From Escherichia phage vB_EcoP_HC-25922, in the sequence record OQ555404.1: DNA of 64,000 nt; one strand, written 5' to 3'. Positions 19,560 through 30,656 of the stretch are shown here, one piece after another (positions within the stretch are counted from its first letter, which is position 1; each line of letters starts with the position of its first letter). The notes under the pieces are model-generated. The model was not told the DNA's origin and made no database searches. It saw only the letters and a list, made by a program, of their open reading frames with translations. The position numbers were made by a program, and so were the translations under genes.

Positions 19560-20528
19560 ATGGGTGCTGGAGGTTTTCGAAAGAATACTGGTAGAAACAA
19601 CACCACACTTCCGTACAATGTTGGTTTTCTAAACAATGTGCAGGATACAGAAACTTACAACGTTGCCGTCTATGATGAACTACAAAAAGTTAGTACAGCA
19701 ACTAATCAGATGTTTCAAGCTATTGATGAAATACATGAAGAAATTGATGTTAGGATTAAAGCTCTTAATGCAATGAATCTTCAATTTGATGAACTTGAAA
19801 ACAGAATTACTACAGAGATCGAAACAGCTATTGCTGATATTCAAACACAGATGGGCAATCTGTCCACTGAAGATATTTGGGATAATTCAGTACAACCGCC
19901 AGTTAAGCTAGAAAGTTCTATGGCAGGGTTTAAAACTTCTATAGAAGGTAATGAGGTTAAGATACAATCTGTTGAGGGAATCGTAAACCAGCAGGGAGAG
20001 GAAATTGGCTTAGTTCAAACAGAGATCTCCAACATTAACAGCAGTCTATCTTCTTATATGAAGCTATCTGACTACGAGGCTACGTGGGGGGTTAACTCAA
20101 ATGTCAACGGTAGGTATGCTGGTGTCAAGTTAACTAACAACGGAACAAACAGTCAATTCCAAGTAACAGCTAACAAATTTATTGTTGGTGATGGCAGCTC
20201 TGGTAACACACCTTTTGTGTTTGAGGGTGGTAGGGCTAGAATGGAGTTCGCTGACATAAAGAACGTCAACATCACAACTGCTCAGATTGCCAACGCTAGG
20301 ATCCAATGGGCACAGATTGATAACGTATCTATCTCCAATGCTCAGATTCAGAATTTATCAGCGGATAAAATCACTGCTGGTTCTATGTGGGGTTCTAACT
20401 GGAGACTTACTGTTGGTGGTGATTTTGTTATGGGTGGTACAGGTGGTTCTCAGTTGTGGATGAATGGTAATAGAATAGATTTTTATGATGGGAGTGGAAC
20501 TCTTCGCATAAGAATAGGGAGTTGGTAA
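19560..20528 (+). CDS. hypothetical tail-associated protein
   Basis: ATG 19560 with GGAGG RBS (the track start 19548 is TTG); coiled-coil N-terminus, beta-rich C-terminus. Confidence 0.45.
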   Translation: MGAGGFRKNTGRNNTTLPYNVGFLNNVQDTETYNVAVYDELQKVSTATNQMFQAIDEIHEEIDVRIKALNAMNLQFDELENRITTEIETAIADIQTQMGNLSTEDIWDNSVQPPVKLESSMAGFKTSIEGNEVKIQSVEGIVNQQGEEIGLVQTEISNINSSLSSYMKLSDYEATWGVNSNVNGRYAGVKLTNNGTNSQFQVTANKFIVGDGSSGNTPFVFEGGRARMEFADIKNVNITTAQIANARIQWAQIDNVSISNAQIQNLSADKITAGSMWGSNWRLTVGGDFVMGGTGGSQLWMNGNRIDFYDGSGTLRIRIGSW

Positions 20529-20529
20529 C

Positions 20530-21564
20530 ATGGCATATGGAATATGGACACGCCCGGTTGGTCCGGGTCCAGCGGCCCCTGCTGATATTTATATTGATAG
20601 TGGTAGCACATTCCCTCAACTCAGAAATAGGGTCAGTGGGAATTTCTCTTTTAGTGGAAATACCTGTGACTTGCCTATAAGTGGTTGGGATGGTAGTGGT
20701 CAGATAGTTATAGTTCCAACAGGGTCTGTTGTTTGGGAGAGATACATACCTCCCAATTTAACATCTGATGTATATTGGATAACTGACATATCTGTTATTA
20801 ATAACTCAACCTTCAGAGTTACTATGGACTATAATGTAAACGGTTGGATATTTGATATGGCTTTTAATGTGTATCAAATATGGCCTAGAGCTAATAGGAA
20901 CTATGGAATCACATTCTCCAACTCTGCTGACTATTTCTCAATCTCTGATTCTGGAGTTGTTGGTCAATGTATTTGGGCTTGGGAAGGTGACATAAATGGT
21001 TCTCTTCAAATACCAGATATTGGTGGTTTTGATATGAGCCGAGCAACTGTCTACGCAAATTGGAGTAACGGAGGAGCAGGGCTTCTATACAATCCATCCA
21101 ATAGGGTTGTTTATGTGTACCAGAACAGGTCTCATGATAATGGTAACACAAACCAAACAGGATCCATTGGCGGTGTTAGAATTGCCGTCTTCTGTGATGG
21201 TTCTGGAGTACCGACTCATAATGGAGGTTTAAATATCTTTTCTCCAAATGGGTCTCAGTGTGTATTTTCTACATATAGAACCCCTTTTAGTGTTGAGGGA
21301 TTTATGCCTATGAGTGGTGGTAACACATCTCTGGCCTATCCAATGATACCACTATCTTACGGAGCCGGAGCAATAAGAGGCAGGACTAGTGGTTGGTATT
21401 TTCAACACACAAGATCTCACATGATGAATGGCTCTTCTTTCAGCACAGGTTTCGGTAGGATGATTTACTCTTGGAGTGACCAATACGATTTAGGAGGAGG
21501 TGGTGCTCTCGGATTAAGCATTCCGATATTAGATGCTAGGAAAATATTCAGGAGTATACAATAA
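20530..21564 (+). CDS. hypothetical tail fibre or receptor-binding-like protein
   Basis: 344 aa, G/S/N-rich and beta-rich; tightly packed after the previous gene. Confidence 0.45.
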   Translation: MAYGIWTRPVGPGPAAPADIYIDSGSTFPQLRNRVSGNFSFSGNTCDLPISGWDGSGQIVIVPTGSVVWERYIPPNLTSDVYWITDISVINNSTFRVTMDYNVNGWIFDMAFNVYQIWPRANRNYGITFSNSADYFSISDSGVVGQCIWAWEGDINGSLQIPDIGGFDMSRATVYANWSNGGAGLLYNPSNRVVYVYQNRSHDNGNTNQTGSIGGVRIAVFCDGSGVPTHNGGLNIFSPNGSQCVFSTYRTPFSVEGFMPMSGGNTSLAYPMIPLSYGAGAIRGRTSGWYFQHTRSHMMNGSSFSTGFGRMIYSWSDQYDLGGGGALGLSIPILDARKIFRSIQ

Positions 21565-21573
21565 GGAGTTATT

Positions 21574-22371
21574 ATGTCAATTAGAATGGGTATTGAAGAA
21601 CTAGACCCAATGGTTCAACAGGCTTCAAAGAAGTATGGGATTCCTGCTGCTTTGATTCATGCTGTAATCCAAAGAGAGTCTAGTGGTCGTCCTACAGTGG
21701 CTTCTGGAACTGGTCCTGTAGGTTTAATGCAGATTAGTAAAGGGTTGGCTAAAGATTACGGTTACAAACTTGAAGATAGGTTAGACCCTGCAAAGAATAT
21801 TGACATGGGTGCTAGATATTTAAGAGATAACCTGAAAGCTTTTGACGGTGATGTGAGGAAGGCTTTGGTGGGGTATTCAGAAGGGACTGGTGGTGCTAAG
21901 CAAATGTTTGCTGGTAAGAAAGGGTTTACACCTCAAGCTTTAGATTCAATGAATAATAAGCTGTTCCTACCATTCTTTGATAAGAATACAGCAGCGGCAC
22001 AAGTGGCTAATCCTGTAGGTGCTTTGAAAGCAGTACAGCCTGTGGACCAGTTTGATTCTAATACGCTGACTAGAGAAGGTGCTGCAAACGCTCCTACTCA
22101 AGCAGAGATAGCTGCAAGCAAGGCTGGAGCTTTAGGTGGTCGTCCTGTAGAGTTTTACTCTGATGAACAATCTACTGGGGAAAATCAAAAACCTCAACAG
22201 AACTTTGGAAATGCTGTATTGGCAGCTGCTTCTATGCTTGCAGGAAAACAGCCTAACTCTCAAACCGTACAGAGAGCACATGCCCCTACTCAAGCAGGTT
22301 CTCGATATAGTCCACAAACACAAGCCGTGCTGAGACGTTTGTCTAGCATAGGTACTGATATTTACAGATAA
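21574..22371 (+). CDS. lytic transglycosylase (SLT domain), probably virion-associated
   Basis: QRESSG...GPVGLMQI matches the SLT catalytic Glu and GLMQ motifs; located in the structural block. Confidence 0.65.
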   Translation: MSIRMGIEELDPMVQQASKKYGIPAALIHAVIQRESSGRPTVASGTGPVGLMQISKGLAKDYGYKLEDRLDPAKNIDMGARYLRDNLKAFDGDVRKALVGYSEGTGGAKQMFAGKKGFTPQALDSMNNKLFLPFFDKNTAAAQVANPVGALKAVQPVDQFDSNTLTREGAANAPTQAEIAASKAGALGGRPVEFYSDEQSTGENQKPQQNFGNAVLAAASMLAGKQPNSQTVQRAHAPTQAGSRYSPQTQAVLRRLSSIGTDIYR

Positions 22372-22380
22372 GGAGGACGT

Positions 22381-23433
22381 ATGTCTCTTTTCGGTTCTGC
22401 TCCTAAATCTAAGACTACGGTAGCTCCGTCTTCTCAGGTTGATGCTCTTCTGAAACAGATTGTAGCAAATGCTCAGGCTATGAATCAAAACGATCAAGGT
22501 TTTATTAATCGTAACATAGCAGGTTTTAATGAAAATCAAACAGCAGCTCTTTCTAATTTAGCAAATTCTAACACACTCAACCAACTCAGTCAGATGTACA
22601 CCCCTAGAACTCAACAAGGGTTGGACCAGATGAATGAGTTGGCTCAGAAATATCAAAACCTAGTTAATAAGGGTGGTATCTCCGCTCAAGATGTTAATAA
22701 TTTTAGCTCTGGACTGAATAACTCTGCATTAGCTAAATCCACAGGTAAAGCTGCTGCTAATGTGTCTCTTGGTAATGGCTCTGATTCAGGTTCTCTGAGA
22801 CGTGCTGCTGCTCAAGGTGCTGCTCTTTCTTCAGCGAATACAAATCTTTCTCGTTCTATTCAAGGTAAGAATATGGGTGTTAACACTCTTCTGAATAACA
22901 ACTCCTATCAGCAAGGTTTGCTCAATGCTCAGTCTGGTTTAGCAAATCAGAACCTGAATCTAGGAGCTGCTGGGGTACAAGCTGGTCAACAGGCAATACA
23001 TAATCAGCTCACTGCTGGAAACCTTCAACAGCAGCAAGATCAACTCCAAGCTAACAACAATTGGGAGAATGCTATTGGCAGTCAGCAGTATGGTTGGAAT
23101 CAGCTTAACAATCAGCTTAATGTATTAAACTCAGTAAGTCCAATGGCTGGGTACACTATTACTAATAGAGGTGCTGCCCCTAATGCTTCACAACAAATCC
23201 TTGGTGCTGGGGTTACTGGTCTTGGTATTGCTGGTCGTCTAGGTGCTTTTACCCCTAATCAGCAAACTACTAATGCTTGGAACTCATACAATGCTTCTGG
23301 AGGTCAAGCTGGGATGGCTGGTCCTATGATTGGCGGCTCAAACCTGTCTCAACAGAATGGTCAGAGCAACTGGTTATCTACCGCAGGAAGTAATATCTTA
23401 GGTGGTGTTCTAGGAGCCTTTGGAGCAAATTAA
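22381..23433 (+). CDS. Q/N-rich low-complexity virion protein (paralog 1)
   Basis: 350 aa; N-terminus MSLFGSAPKSKTT; Q/N/G-rich; paralogous to the next gene. Confidence 0.45.
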   Translation: MSLFGSAPKSKTTVAPSSQVDALLKQIVANAQAMNQNDQGFINRNIAGFNENQTAALSNLANSNTLNQLSQMYTPRTQQGLDQMNELAQKYQNLVNKGGISAQDVNNFSSGLNNSALAKSTGKAAANVSLGNGSDSGSLRRAAAQGAALSSANTNLSRSIQGKNMGVNTLLNNNSYQQGLLNAQSGLANQNLNLGAAGVQAGQQAIHNQLTAGNLQQQQDQLQANNNWENAIGSQQYGWNQLNNQLNVLNSVSPMAGYTITNRGAAPNASQQILGAGVTGLGIAGRLGAFTPNQQTTNAWNSYNASGGQAGMAGPMIGGSNLSQQNGQSNWLSTAGSNILGGVLGAFGAN

Positions 23434-23442
23434 GGAGGAGCT

Positions 23443-24411
23443 ATGGCTTTATTCGGTGGTGGGAGTAGCAAGACTACTTCTAAAATGACAAGACCTGACT
23501 ACATTCAGTCCTATATTGATCAGTTGGTCAATCAGGTTAATAACACTAGTTCAGGCGATTATGTGTATCGAGAAAATGTTGGACTTAATCAAAACCAGCA
23601 AGAAGCTCTGAATAATCTATCACAATCTGGTGCATTAGGTGCACTTTCTTCTCAGTATATGGATGCTGCTCAATCTGGCTTAGGTTATCTAGATAATGCA
23701 TACTCTGGATATAACAACCTGTCTAACTCTGGTCAAATCACTGGGGAACAGATTGGTGCTCTTGCAGGCCAGCTCTATGACGATGAGGCTGTGCAAGCAG
23801 CTATTGCAGCGAATAATGAACAAACCCAACAGAGTTTGGCTAGGAATGCACTTCCTCAAATCTCTCAGCAGTTTGCTGGTCAGCAAGGTTCTGGTGCACG
23901 TATGGCTAAATCTTTTGCTCAGGGTGATGCTCTGAACCAGATGCAGAACACAGCAACCAATATTACTAATAGTGCTTATGACTCCGCTCTAACTCAAGCA
24001 CAGAACATTCTTTCTGGTAATAGACAAACACAAGCATCTGCTTTAGGTGGTTTATCTAACATTGGCTCCAATCTTGCTAATCTAGGAAACCAAGCTGGTC
24101 AGTTATCACAACAGCAAATGATGAATCAGTGGAATGCAGGACTGCAACAGCAGCAACAACAGCAGTCTGATTTGAACAATGCTTATGAGAATGCTCAGAA
24201 TGCCGCTAATTGGGGTTGGCAGGATATTAACAATCAACTAGGTGCTGCCGGGGTTCTTAATGGAGCTTTAGGGACAACCACAACTACTAAAACATCTGGT
24301 GGTAGTGGAGGCTTCCTAGGTGGTGCTGCTAGCGGTGCTGCTGCTGGTTCAGCTTTTGGCCCTTGGGGTGCTTTAGCTGGCGGTGTTATCGGTGGATTAG
24401 CTAGCTCTTAA
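23443..24411 (+). CDS. Q/N-rich low-complexity virion protein (paralog 2) with Gly-rich C-terminus
   Basis: 322 aa; N-terminus MALFGGGSSKTT; poly-Q; C-terminal GGFLGGAASGAAAGSAFGPWGALAGG. Confidence 0.45.
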   Translation: MALFGGGSSKTTSKMTRPDYIQSYIDQLVNQVNNTSSGDYVYRENVGLNQNQQEALNNLSQSGALGALSSQYMDAAQSGLGYLDNAYSGYNNLSNSGQITGEQIGALAGQLYDDEAVQAAIAANNEQTQQSLARNALPQISQQFAGQQGSGARMAKSFAQGDALNQMQNTATNITNSAYDSALTQAQNILSGNRQTQASALGGLSNIGSNLANLGNQAGQLSQQQMMNQWNAGLQQQQQQQSDLNNAYENAQNAANWGWQDINNQLGAAGVLNGALGTTTTTKTSGGSGGFLGGAASGAAAGSAFGPWGALAGGVIGGLASS

Positions 24412-24425
24412 TTAGGAGAATAATT

Positions 24426-26093
24426 ATGCAACAAACTTCTTATGCGTATCTTCGCAGTCAAGACCCAAGAAATCAGATTTATGGTGTTAAACAAGGGGCC
24501 GCTTCGGCCTCTCCATACATGGCAAGACCTGCTTATCCAGCTGCTGATGTTTCTATGTATAACCGGAGACCTCCTGCTTCTCCTGTAGGTTTGTCTTCTC
24601 TTGTTGCCAATGCTCAAGAAGACCAAGAAGCTATGTTAAATCCGGGATTTAGACAGCGCCTTATGGAAGCAGAGAATCAAGGAACTCCTACAAGCCTTCA
24701 GGGTATTGATATTGGTGAACCAGCTCCTGCTATGAATAACCCAGATCTATCCTCTGATGAGGGTCTACAAGCTGCTGGGTTGATGCCTAGTGACCCACTT
24801 CCTGTTACTCCTCCTCGTAAACCTCTGGAAGAAACAGATAAAGAGTTCTCTCCAGTTCAGGTGGAACAGGCTCAGAATGTTATTAACACTTTAGCTAATA
24901 GTAATCCAGCTCCTGAAGGTATGGCTGGTGCAACTCGTGCTAAAGACCAAGAACGTATTAATAATGATATTATGGAAGTAGCTAAAGCTAAAGACCCAGC
25001 ACAAGCTTGGAATGAGCTTCAGAAGCAACCGTTCTATCAGAAGTCTAGTTTCTACACTGGCTTAATGGGTGTTGGTCTTTCTATCATGTCAGGTAAATCC
25101 CCTATTGAAGCTTTCCAGATTGGTTCTGGCTTAGCTGCTCAGGATGAAACTAAACAACAACTAGAAGCCAATCGCGATGCTCTGTTAGAACAAGGCTATT
25201 CTCAAGATTCAGTTGCTGCTGCAATTGCTTCGGGAGATCCTTCCCTTCTCAAAATGCGTCAGATTAGTCCTCAGGAGAAGATGGCTCTTGCTGCTCAGGA
25301 TGAAGAACGTGCTAATCGTGAGTGGGATAGACGTCAACAGATTCAGGATCAATCAGTTCGTGAACGTGCTGCTGAGACTCGTCGTGCTGCTGAAGAACGT
25401 GCTGATGCACAATTTGCTAAACAGAAAGAGCTTATTGAATATCGTGATAAGGTTAAAGCAGACCGCGCTGAACAAGCTGCTCAGAGCTTCAACTTCAGTA
25501 CGAAAGAGCTTCGTAACGTTCAGAATACTGCTGAAGGTTCTGTTGCTAAGCAGTGGGCAGAAAAAGCTGCTCTGTTTAAACAGTCTCATAAGGACTTGGA
25601 TTTGGCAGATCAGGCTATTAAAGATAAAGACTACCAATCCGCTCGTACCGCTTACATGCAGGCTATTATGAACTCCGCAAGGGCAGAAATTGGTGCTAAC
25701 CGCTCTCTCCAAGCTGATGACTTGGCCCACTTTGCAGAAGATCCATCAATCTTTGTTAAGGTTGGTAATACTTGGTCACTTAAAGCAGGCTATCGTCCTT
25801 CTGATGCTGCTCTGTCATACGCTCGTAAGCAGGCAACTGTTGGTGCTTCTTCGGCTGACAAAGGTGTTCTGGAGTCTAAGAAATCAACTATTGATGCTTA
25901 TGTGGGTTCTGGCATGAACAAGAAACGTGCAACAGCTTTGGTTAACCGTGGTATACCTTCTGGCGGTTTCTATGACCCATACAAGACTTTTGATGCAGAA
26001 GCTGAAGAATCTGTTGGTGGAGATGCTACAAATCCTCGATTAGCAGGTGCTCTTTCTTCTTCAGCGGCAGATACGAGTTGGATGTTCCAGTAA
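24426..26093 (+). CDS. hypothetical virion protein
   Basis: 555 aa, helical and charged; precedes the 1481-aa protein. Confidence 0.45.
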   Translation: MQQTSYAYLRSQDPRNQIYGVKQGAASASPYMARPAYPAADVSMYNRRPPASPVGLSSLVANAQEDQEAMLNPGFRQRLMEAENQGTPTSLQGIDIGEPAPAMNNPDLSSDEGLQAAGLMPSDPLPVTPPRKPLEETDKEFSPVQVEQAQNVINTLANSNPAPEGMAGATRAKDQERINNDIMEVAKAKDPAQAWNELQKQPFYQKSSFYTGLMGVGLSIMSGKSPIEAFQIGSGLAAQDETKQQLEANRDALLEQGYSQDSVAAAIASGDPSLLKMRQISPQEKMALAAQDEERANREWDRRQQIQDQSVRERAAETRRAAEERADAQFAKQKELIEYRDKVKADRAEQAAQSFNFSTKELRNVQNTAEGSVAKQWAEKAALFKQSHKDLDLADQAIKDKDYQSARTAYMQAIMNSARAEIGANRSLQADDLAHFAEDPSIFVKVGNTWSLKAGYRPSDAALSYARKQATVGASSADKGVLESKKSTIDAYVGSGMNKKRATALVNRGIPSGGFYDPYKTFDAEAEESVGGDATNPRLAGALSSSAADTSWMFQ

Positions 26094-26163
26094 TCTAAGA
26101 CCTAAGTCCTATCTCTTATAATGTATATAGGAGGTAGGACATTTTTATTTATAAGGAGACGTT

Positions 26164-29100
26164 ATGGCTAATTTAAAATCGTGGGAAGAAGCTTCCAAAG
26201 CTCCTGCGTATCTGAACGCCTCTCCAGAGCAACAGGCTCAAATGAGAGAACAATACAAGGCAGCAGGGGGCACTATTCCTGAGACTCAACCACAAGAGCA
26301 ACCACAACAAGAAGAACGAGGTGCTATTGGGGAGTTTGCTCAAGGTGTGTCTAACGCTCTTCAATCAGGTGGTGCTAACATTGCAGCTAGTGCTGCTAAA
26401 GGTTTAGGTGGGCTGGTAGAGATTGGTGAAAACCTAACTGGTTCGGAAACAAGCTATGGTAAGCGCATTCAAGAGAACTCTAAGCAATTGCTGGAAGAAC
26501 GCTTATCCAAGATAGAAGATGGTTTTGGTAAAACAGCTGGTCAGTATGCTGGTGTTGCTGCTGATATCGGTTTGACAGTTGCAAACCCTGCTGTTGCTGC
26601 TGCTGTGATTGCAGCTCGTGAAACAGGTCGTGCTTATGCTGATCAAACTCCTAAAGAAGATGAAGATAAATCAGTTTTAGATGCCGCTCTTGTTGGTGGC
26701 GCTAACTACGCTGCTCAGAAGATCCTTCCGGGCATGACTGGTACAGCTTCTACTACTCTTGGTCGTGTAGGACAAAGCGTAGCCTCTAACGCAGTTGCTG
26801 GTGCTAAGGGTGGTGCTATTGTAGGTGCTGCTGAAGCTCAGAACAAATATGGGGATGATACTACTCTCGCTAACGTCTTAGAAGGGGCTATTGAAGAGGG
26901 TGCACTTGGTGCTGCTTATGGTGGGGCGATTGGTGGAGTTCATGGGTTAATAAGCCGTCCTAGCCCTCAAGTGTTTGATCGTACTCCTGAGCATGTTAAG
27001 ACTGACATTGCTGCTGAAGATGAGGCTATTCGTAAAGCTACTAACGCTGATGAACTTCGTGAAGCCTATGCTAAAGCTGAGAATGCTAATGCTGCCTCTG
27101 CTTTAAACCTTCTGGATGAAAATGGTTTCCGAATCACAGATGCAGTTGCTATGGACTCTCCTGCTGTTCAGCGTATTTTAAATACAGACCAAAGCCGCGC
27201 TGAGAAGGCTGCTACGGTTCAGAAAGATAGCTCTAATGTTCCCGGTCTCAATCCTCTCGCTTCTCCTAAGAAGACTCAAGGTAAAGCTTTTGCTGACAAT
27301 GAGTACAACCAGAAACAAGCTGTGGCAATGAAAGATGCAATGGCTGACTACACTAAAGATAACACCAAAGCCCTTACTGATGTTCTAGACAACCTAGACC
27401 GAGAGTTAGTAGCTCTGAGAGCAAGTGGTGATTTTACTGGTAGTGCTATTGACATTAAAAACCGTACTCAAGCTGATCGTGATTTTATTGATGCTTATAA
27501 AACTTTTTACAGTGAAGCTAATCGTTTCAAAGCTCGTGATGGTGAAGACCTAAACAACTTCATTGATAAAGCTACTCAGTTGCAGAAGCTCTCTGAAAAT
27601 GTTTCTCCAGAAATGAAGAAGGCCATTGGTGGATTAAAGAAACTAAAAGGTATGCCTGAAGGTTTTAACCCTATCCAAGATGCTTTCACTCTGAATAATA
27701 CAGCTAAGTTCATGAGTAACCAAGACCGTGGTTGGACCTCTCTGACTGATGACGGTTTTCGTGAAGCTCCGGCTCCTGTGTTAGTTAAGAATCCTCTCGG
27801 TGCAGCCAAGTATGTACTTAACCGCTTTACTTCCGATCGTGCTCGTGCTCAACGTGAGAAGCAACAGTCAGCTAATAGTGAAGCTATCCGCTCTTTGGCT
27901 AGGGCTGATTTAGAAGTACAACGAGCTAGGACTCAGGCTGAAGAAGCAAGAGCAAAAATGGAAGAAGAACCAACCACAGAAGACATCAAATTCCGTACTC
28001 AAAATGATGCACCTTCCGAACCGGTTCGTGAGGAGCCTTCTGCTACTACTGTGACGGAAGAAATTCCTTCCTCTCCAGCTCCAACTGAAACACCTCTTAC
28101 TGCGAGGGATTTGGTTGCTCAAAGACGTGCTCTCCAACAAGCAGAGCTTAGACGTCAAGAAGCTGAAGCTGCTCAGGCTCAAGAAAGTGCTACACCAGAA
28201 CCTGAACCACAGCAAGAAGCTCTTACAGCTAGAGAATTAGTAGCTCAGCGTAGGGCTGTAGCAGAGGCTAAGAAACGTCAAGAGGCAGAAGAAGCAGAAC
28301 GTGCTAAAGAAGCTCCTAAGGAAGCCGTAGAAGAACCTAAAGAGAAACCTGAGCCATTACCTGCTCGTGCTCCTAAAGCTCCTGAGAAGGCTCCTGAGCC
28401 TGTTAAACCGTCACTTGGTGTAGAGCGTCTAGCTTCTATGTCAACTGCTGCTCGTCAAGCAACGAAAGACCGTGCTGATCGATTTGCTCGTTCTTTGTAT
28501 TCGGCTGCTGCTAAAGCTAAAGCCACTGCGGAAAATTTCCTTTCTTACAAGGGAGATCCTAAAGAGCTTATGCGTCGTATCCGTCAGGAAGACCAAGCAA
28601 ACAACACACAGCGTCATGAAGAGATGGCTAGAAACCAACTAGCTTCACAGCAAGGCATTGCTTCTGCTAAATCTCAACATGTTCGTGCTTCTTTTGCTGA
28701 TTGGGTGAAAGAACGTGGGTTGCCTTCTGATATTGCTACTAAGGCTTTACGGGCTGAAGAGAAAGGTTTAGGTGGGAACGTCACAAGTCTAGATTCACTG
28801 AAGCGAAGAGCTGAGCGTTTATATCAGAAACAAAGAGATGATGAGTTTGACCGTCTCTATCGAGAGGCTCTGGAAGAGAATAAAGCTTTTGATAAGAGAG
28901 ATGCTCCTAAACTGGTAGACCAGAAGAAAGAGCTTCAGGATGAAATTGGTGCGTTGCTTGATGCTGAACCATTACGTCCTGCTCAGAAAGATGCTATGCG
29001 TAGGATTATGGAAGACTTCGTGGAGAGTAAGTTTAAATCTTCAGAGAGAGCTGGAAGGGTTGAGGCTTTGGAAGTTGGTCAGATGAAGGATGTGTGGGAT

Positions 29101-30609
29101 GGGTTTATTAATACCTATAACCGAGAAGTTAACATGTTCAACAAGGCTAACAAGAATTCTCAATACGAAGCAGCAGCTAAACACTTGCAAGCACGTCAAG
29201 AACGTCTTGAGACGCTCCGTAACAGAGCTAAGGCTCGCAGTGATGCTAAGGCAGCCATGGAGGCTGAGAAGCAGTCCTTGGAGGCTATAGCGGCTCAGAA
29301 ATCAGAGATAGAGAAGATGTTCAAAGAATTGCCTGAAAGTGTCAGAGAGGCTCAGGAAGGGCGTACTTTGAAACAGCTTGCTGCTCACCATGATAAGAAC
29401 TCTCCAGTACCACCAGAGCGTTTCCGTAGTATCATTGAACGTATTCACAACGCTGAGAGTGATTACCTCGATCGCAAACGTCGTTTGACCGAAGCAGAGG
29501 AAGATGCTCGTGAAGCTAAGTGGAATAGGATGTATGAACAGGCTGAGGAAATGAACCGTAAGTTTGATATCGATGCTAGAGTGAAGAGAGATAAGGCTCT
29601 GAAGGAAGCTCAAGAACGAGAGAATGACTTAATGGCAGTTCAACGTCAGCGTGACGACATTCATAAGCGTTTGGTCAATACTCTGGAAGAGAAGGGAGTT
29701 TCTAGAGAAGATGCTGAAGCATATGCTGGGTCTTACATGGATAATCGGTATGCTTTGTTAGAGAAACCAATGACTCCAGTGGAACATCAGAATGCTCGTG
29801 CTCGTATCGAATCTGACGTAGAGAAGTTTGTTAAGAAATACGAAACAGCTACTCCAATCGAAAGAGAGATTGCTAAAGCAACTGGTGATGCAGATGGGAA
29901 ACCTTCTGACTTAGATGCAGAAACATTAAAAGCTATCGAAGATGCTCGTAAAGTTGATTCCGATTTTAAGAAACTCTTAGATGAAGAGAAGGAAATGGAG
30001 AAGATTCGTTCAGCTCTACCTGAAGATGAAAGATCTCAGGCGAACTCTGATATTCTGGAAAGTATTAAGAAACAGGAAGATGATTTTGCTAGCAAAGCAG
30101 AGAAAGCTTTTATTGAAGGGAAGGACTTGCAGGAGTTAGCGAGTGTTGCAGAAGTTCTAGATAGGGTTCATGGTGCAGACAAGGCTGGTAACAACCGTCG
30201 ATTTGTACGTGCTCTACAGACTGCTGCCGAGAACAAGAAACGTTATGGGGATAATCCAGTGGCTTGGTTTAGTGCTGATGATTATTCTGCTATTGCGAAA
30301 CTTGGTGCTGCTTCGGCAGGTGGTAACAAATCTCGAGCACTTGAGAAGATCTTTGGTTCTACAGCAGAACAAGCTAAAGGGAAACTTTTAGGGCGGGATG
30401 ATGTAGCTAAGATTAGACGTGTGATTGAAGCGAATCCCAATGTTAAGATTCCTTCTTACAAGACAACTACTCGACAAGAGTACATGCAGTTCTTGGAGAA
30501 GTATAATGACGAGGGAGAGTTGAAAGTCAAACGTGGTTCTCTGTCTGACAAGTTGGAGAGAGGTAAGCGTCAAGCTAAACTCCGTGTTAGAGTTCGAGCT
30601 AAGGAGTAA
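26164..30609 (+). CDS. large alpha-helical virion protein (tape-measure-like or internal core protein)
   Basis: 1481 aa, Ala-rich N-terminus, long coiled-coil regions, internal repeat LTAR(D/E)LVAQRRA; AAGGAGA RBS. Confidence 0.5.
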   Translation: MANLKSWEEASKAPAYLNASPEQQAQMREQYKAAGGTIPETQPQEQPQQEERGAIGEFAQGVSNALQSGGANIAASAAKGLGGLVEIGENLTGSETSYGKRIQENSKQLLEERLSKIEDGFGKTAGQYAGVAADIGLTVANPAVAAAVIAARETGRAYADQTPKEDEDKSVLDAALVGGANYAAQKILPGMTGTASTTLGRVGQSVASNAVAGAKGGAIVGAAEAQNKYGDDTTLANVLEGAIEEGALGAAYGGAIGGVHGLISRPSPQVFDRTPEHVKTDIAAEDEAIRKATNADELREAYAKAENANAASALNLLDENGFRITDAVAMDSPAVQRILNTDQSRAEKAATVQKDSSNVPGLNPLASPKKTQGKAFADNEYNQKQAVAMKDAMADYTKDNTKALTDVLDNLDRELVALRASGDFTGSAIDIKNRTQADRDFIDAYKTFYSEANRFKARDGEDLNNFIDKATQLQKLSENVSPEMKKAIGGLKKLKGMPEGFNPIQDAFTLNNTAKFMSNQDRGWTSLTDDGFREAPAPVLVKNPLGAAKYVLNRFTSDRARAQREKQQSANSEAIRSLARADLEVQRARTQAEEARAKMEEEPTTEDIKFRTQNDAPSEPVREEPSATTVTEEIPSSPAPTETPLTARDLVAQRRALQQAELRRQEAEAAQAQESATPEPEPQQEALTARELVAQRRAVAEAKKRQEAEEAERAKEAPKEAVEEPKEKPEPLPARAPKAPEKAPEPVKPSLGVERLASMSTAARQATKDRADRFARSLYSAAAKAKATAENFLSYKGDPKELMRRIRQEDQANNTQRHEEMARNQLASQQGIASAKSQHVRASFADWVKERGLPSDIATKALRAEEKGLGGNVTSLDSLKRRAERLYQKQRDDEFDRLYREALEENKAFDKRDAPKLVDQKKELQDEIGALLDAEPLRPAQKDAMRRIMEDFVESKFKSSERAGRVEALEVGQMKDVWDGFINTYNREVNMFNKANKNSQYEAAAKHLQARQERLETLRNRAKARSDAKAAMEAEKQSLEAIAAQKSEIEKMFKELPESVREAQEGRTLKQLAAHHDKNSPVPPERFRSIIERIHNAESDYLDRKRRLTEAEEDAREAKWNRMYEQAEEMNRKFDIDARVKRDKALKEAQERENDLMAVQRQRDDIHKRLVNTLEEKGVSREDAEAYAGSYMDNRYALLEKPMTPVEHQNARARIESDVEKFVKKYETATPIEREIAKATGDADGKPSDLDAETLKAIEDARKVDSDFKKLLDEEKEMEKIRSALPEDERSQANSDILESIKKQEDDFASKAEKAFIEGKDLQELASVAEVLDRVHGADKAGNNRRFVRALQTAAENKKRYGDNPVAWFSADDYSAIAKLGAASAGGNKSRALEKIFGSTAEQAKGKLLGRDDVAKIRRVIEANPNVKIPSYKTTTRQEYMQFLEKYNDEGELKVKRGSLSDKLERGKRQAKLRVRVRAKE

Positions 30610-30616
30610 ACAAGAA

Positions 30617-30656
30617 AAGCCCCCAACCTGTAAAAAGGAAGGGGGCTTCTTTATTT
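30617..30656. terminator. bidirectional hairpin terminator at the convergent module junction
   Basis: 8-bp stem aagccccc/gggggctt with T-rich tracts on both sides, between the last + gene and the first - gene. Confidence 0.5.
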
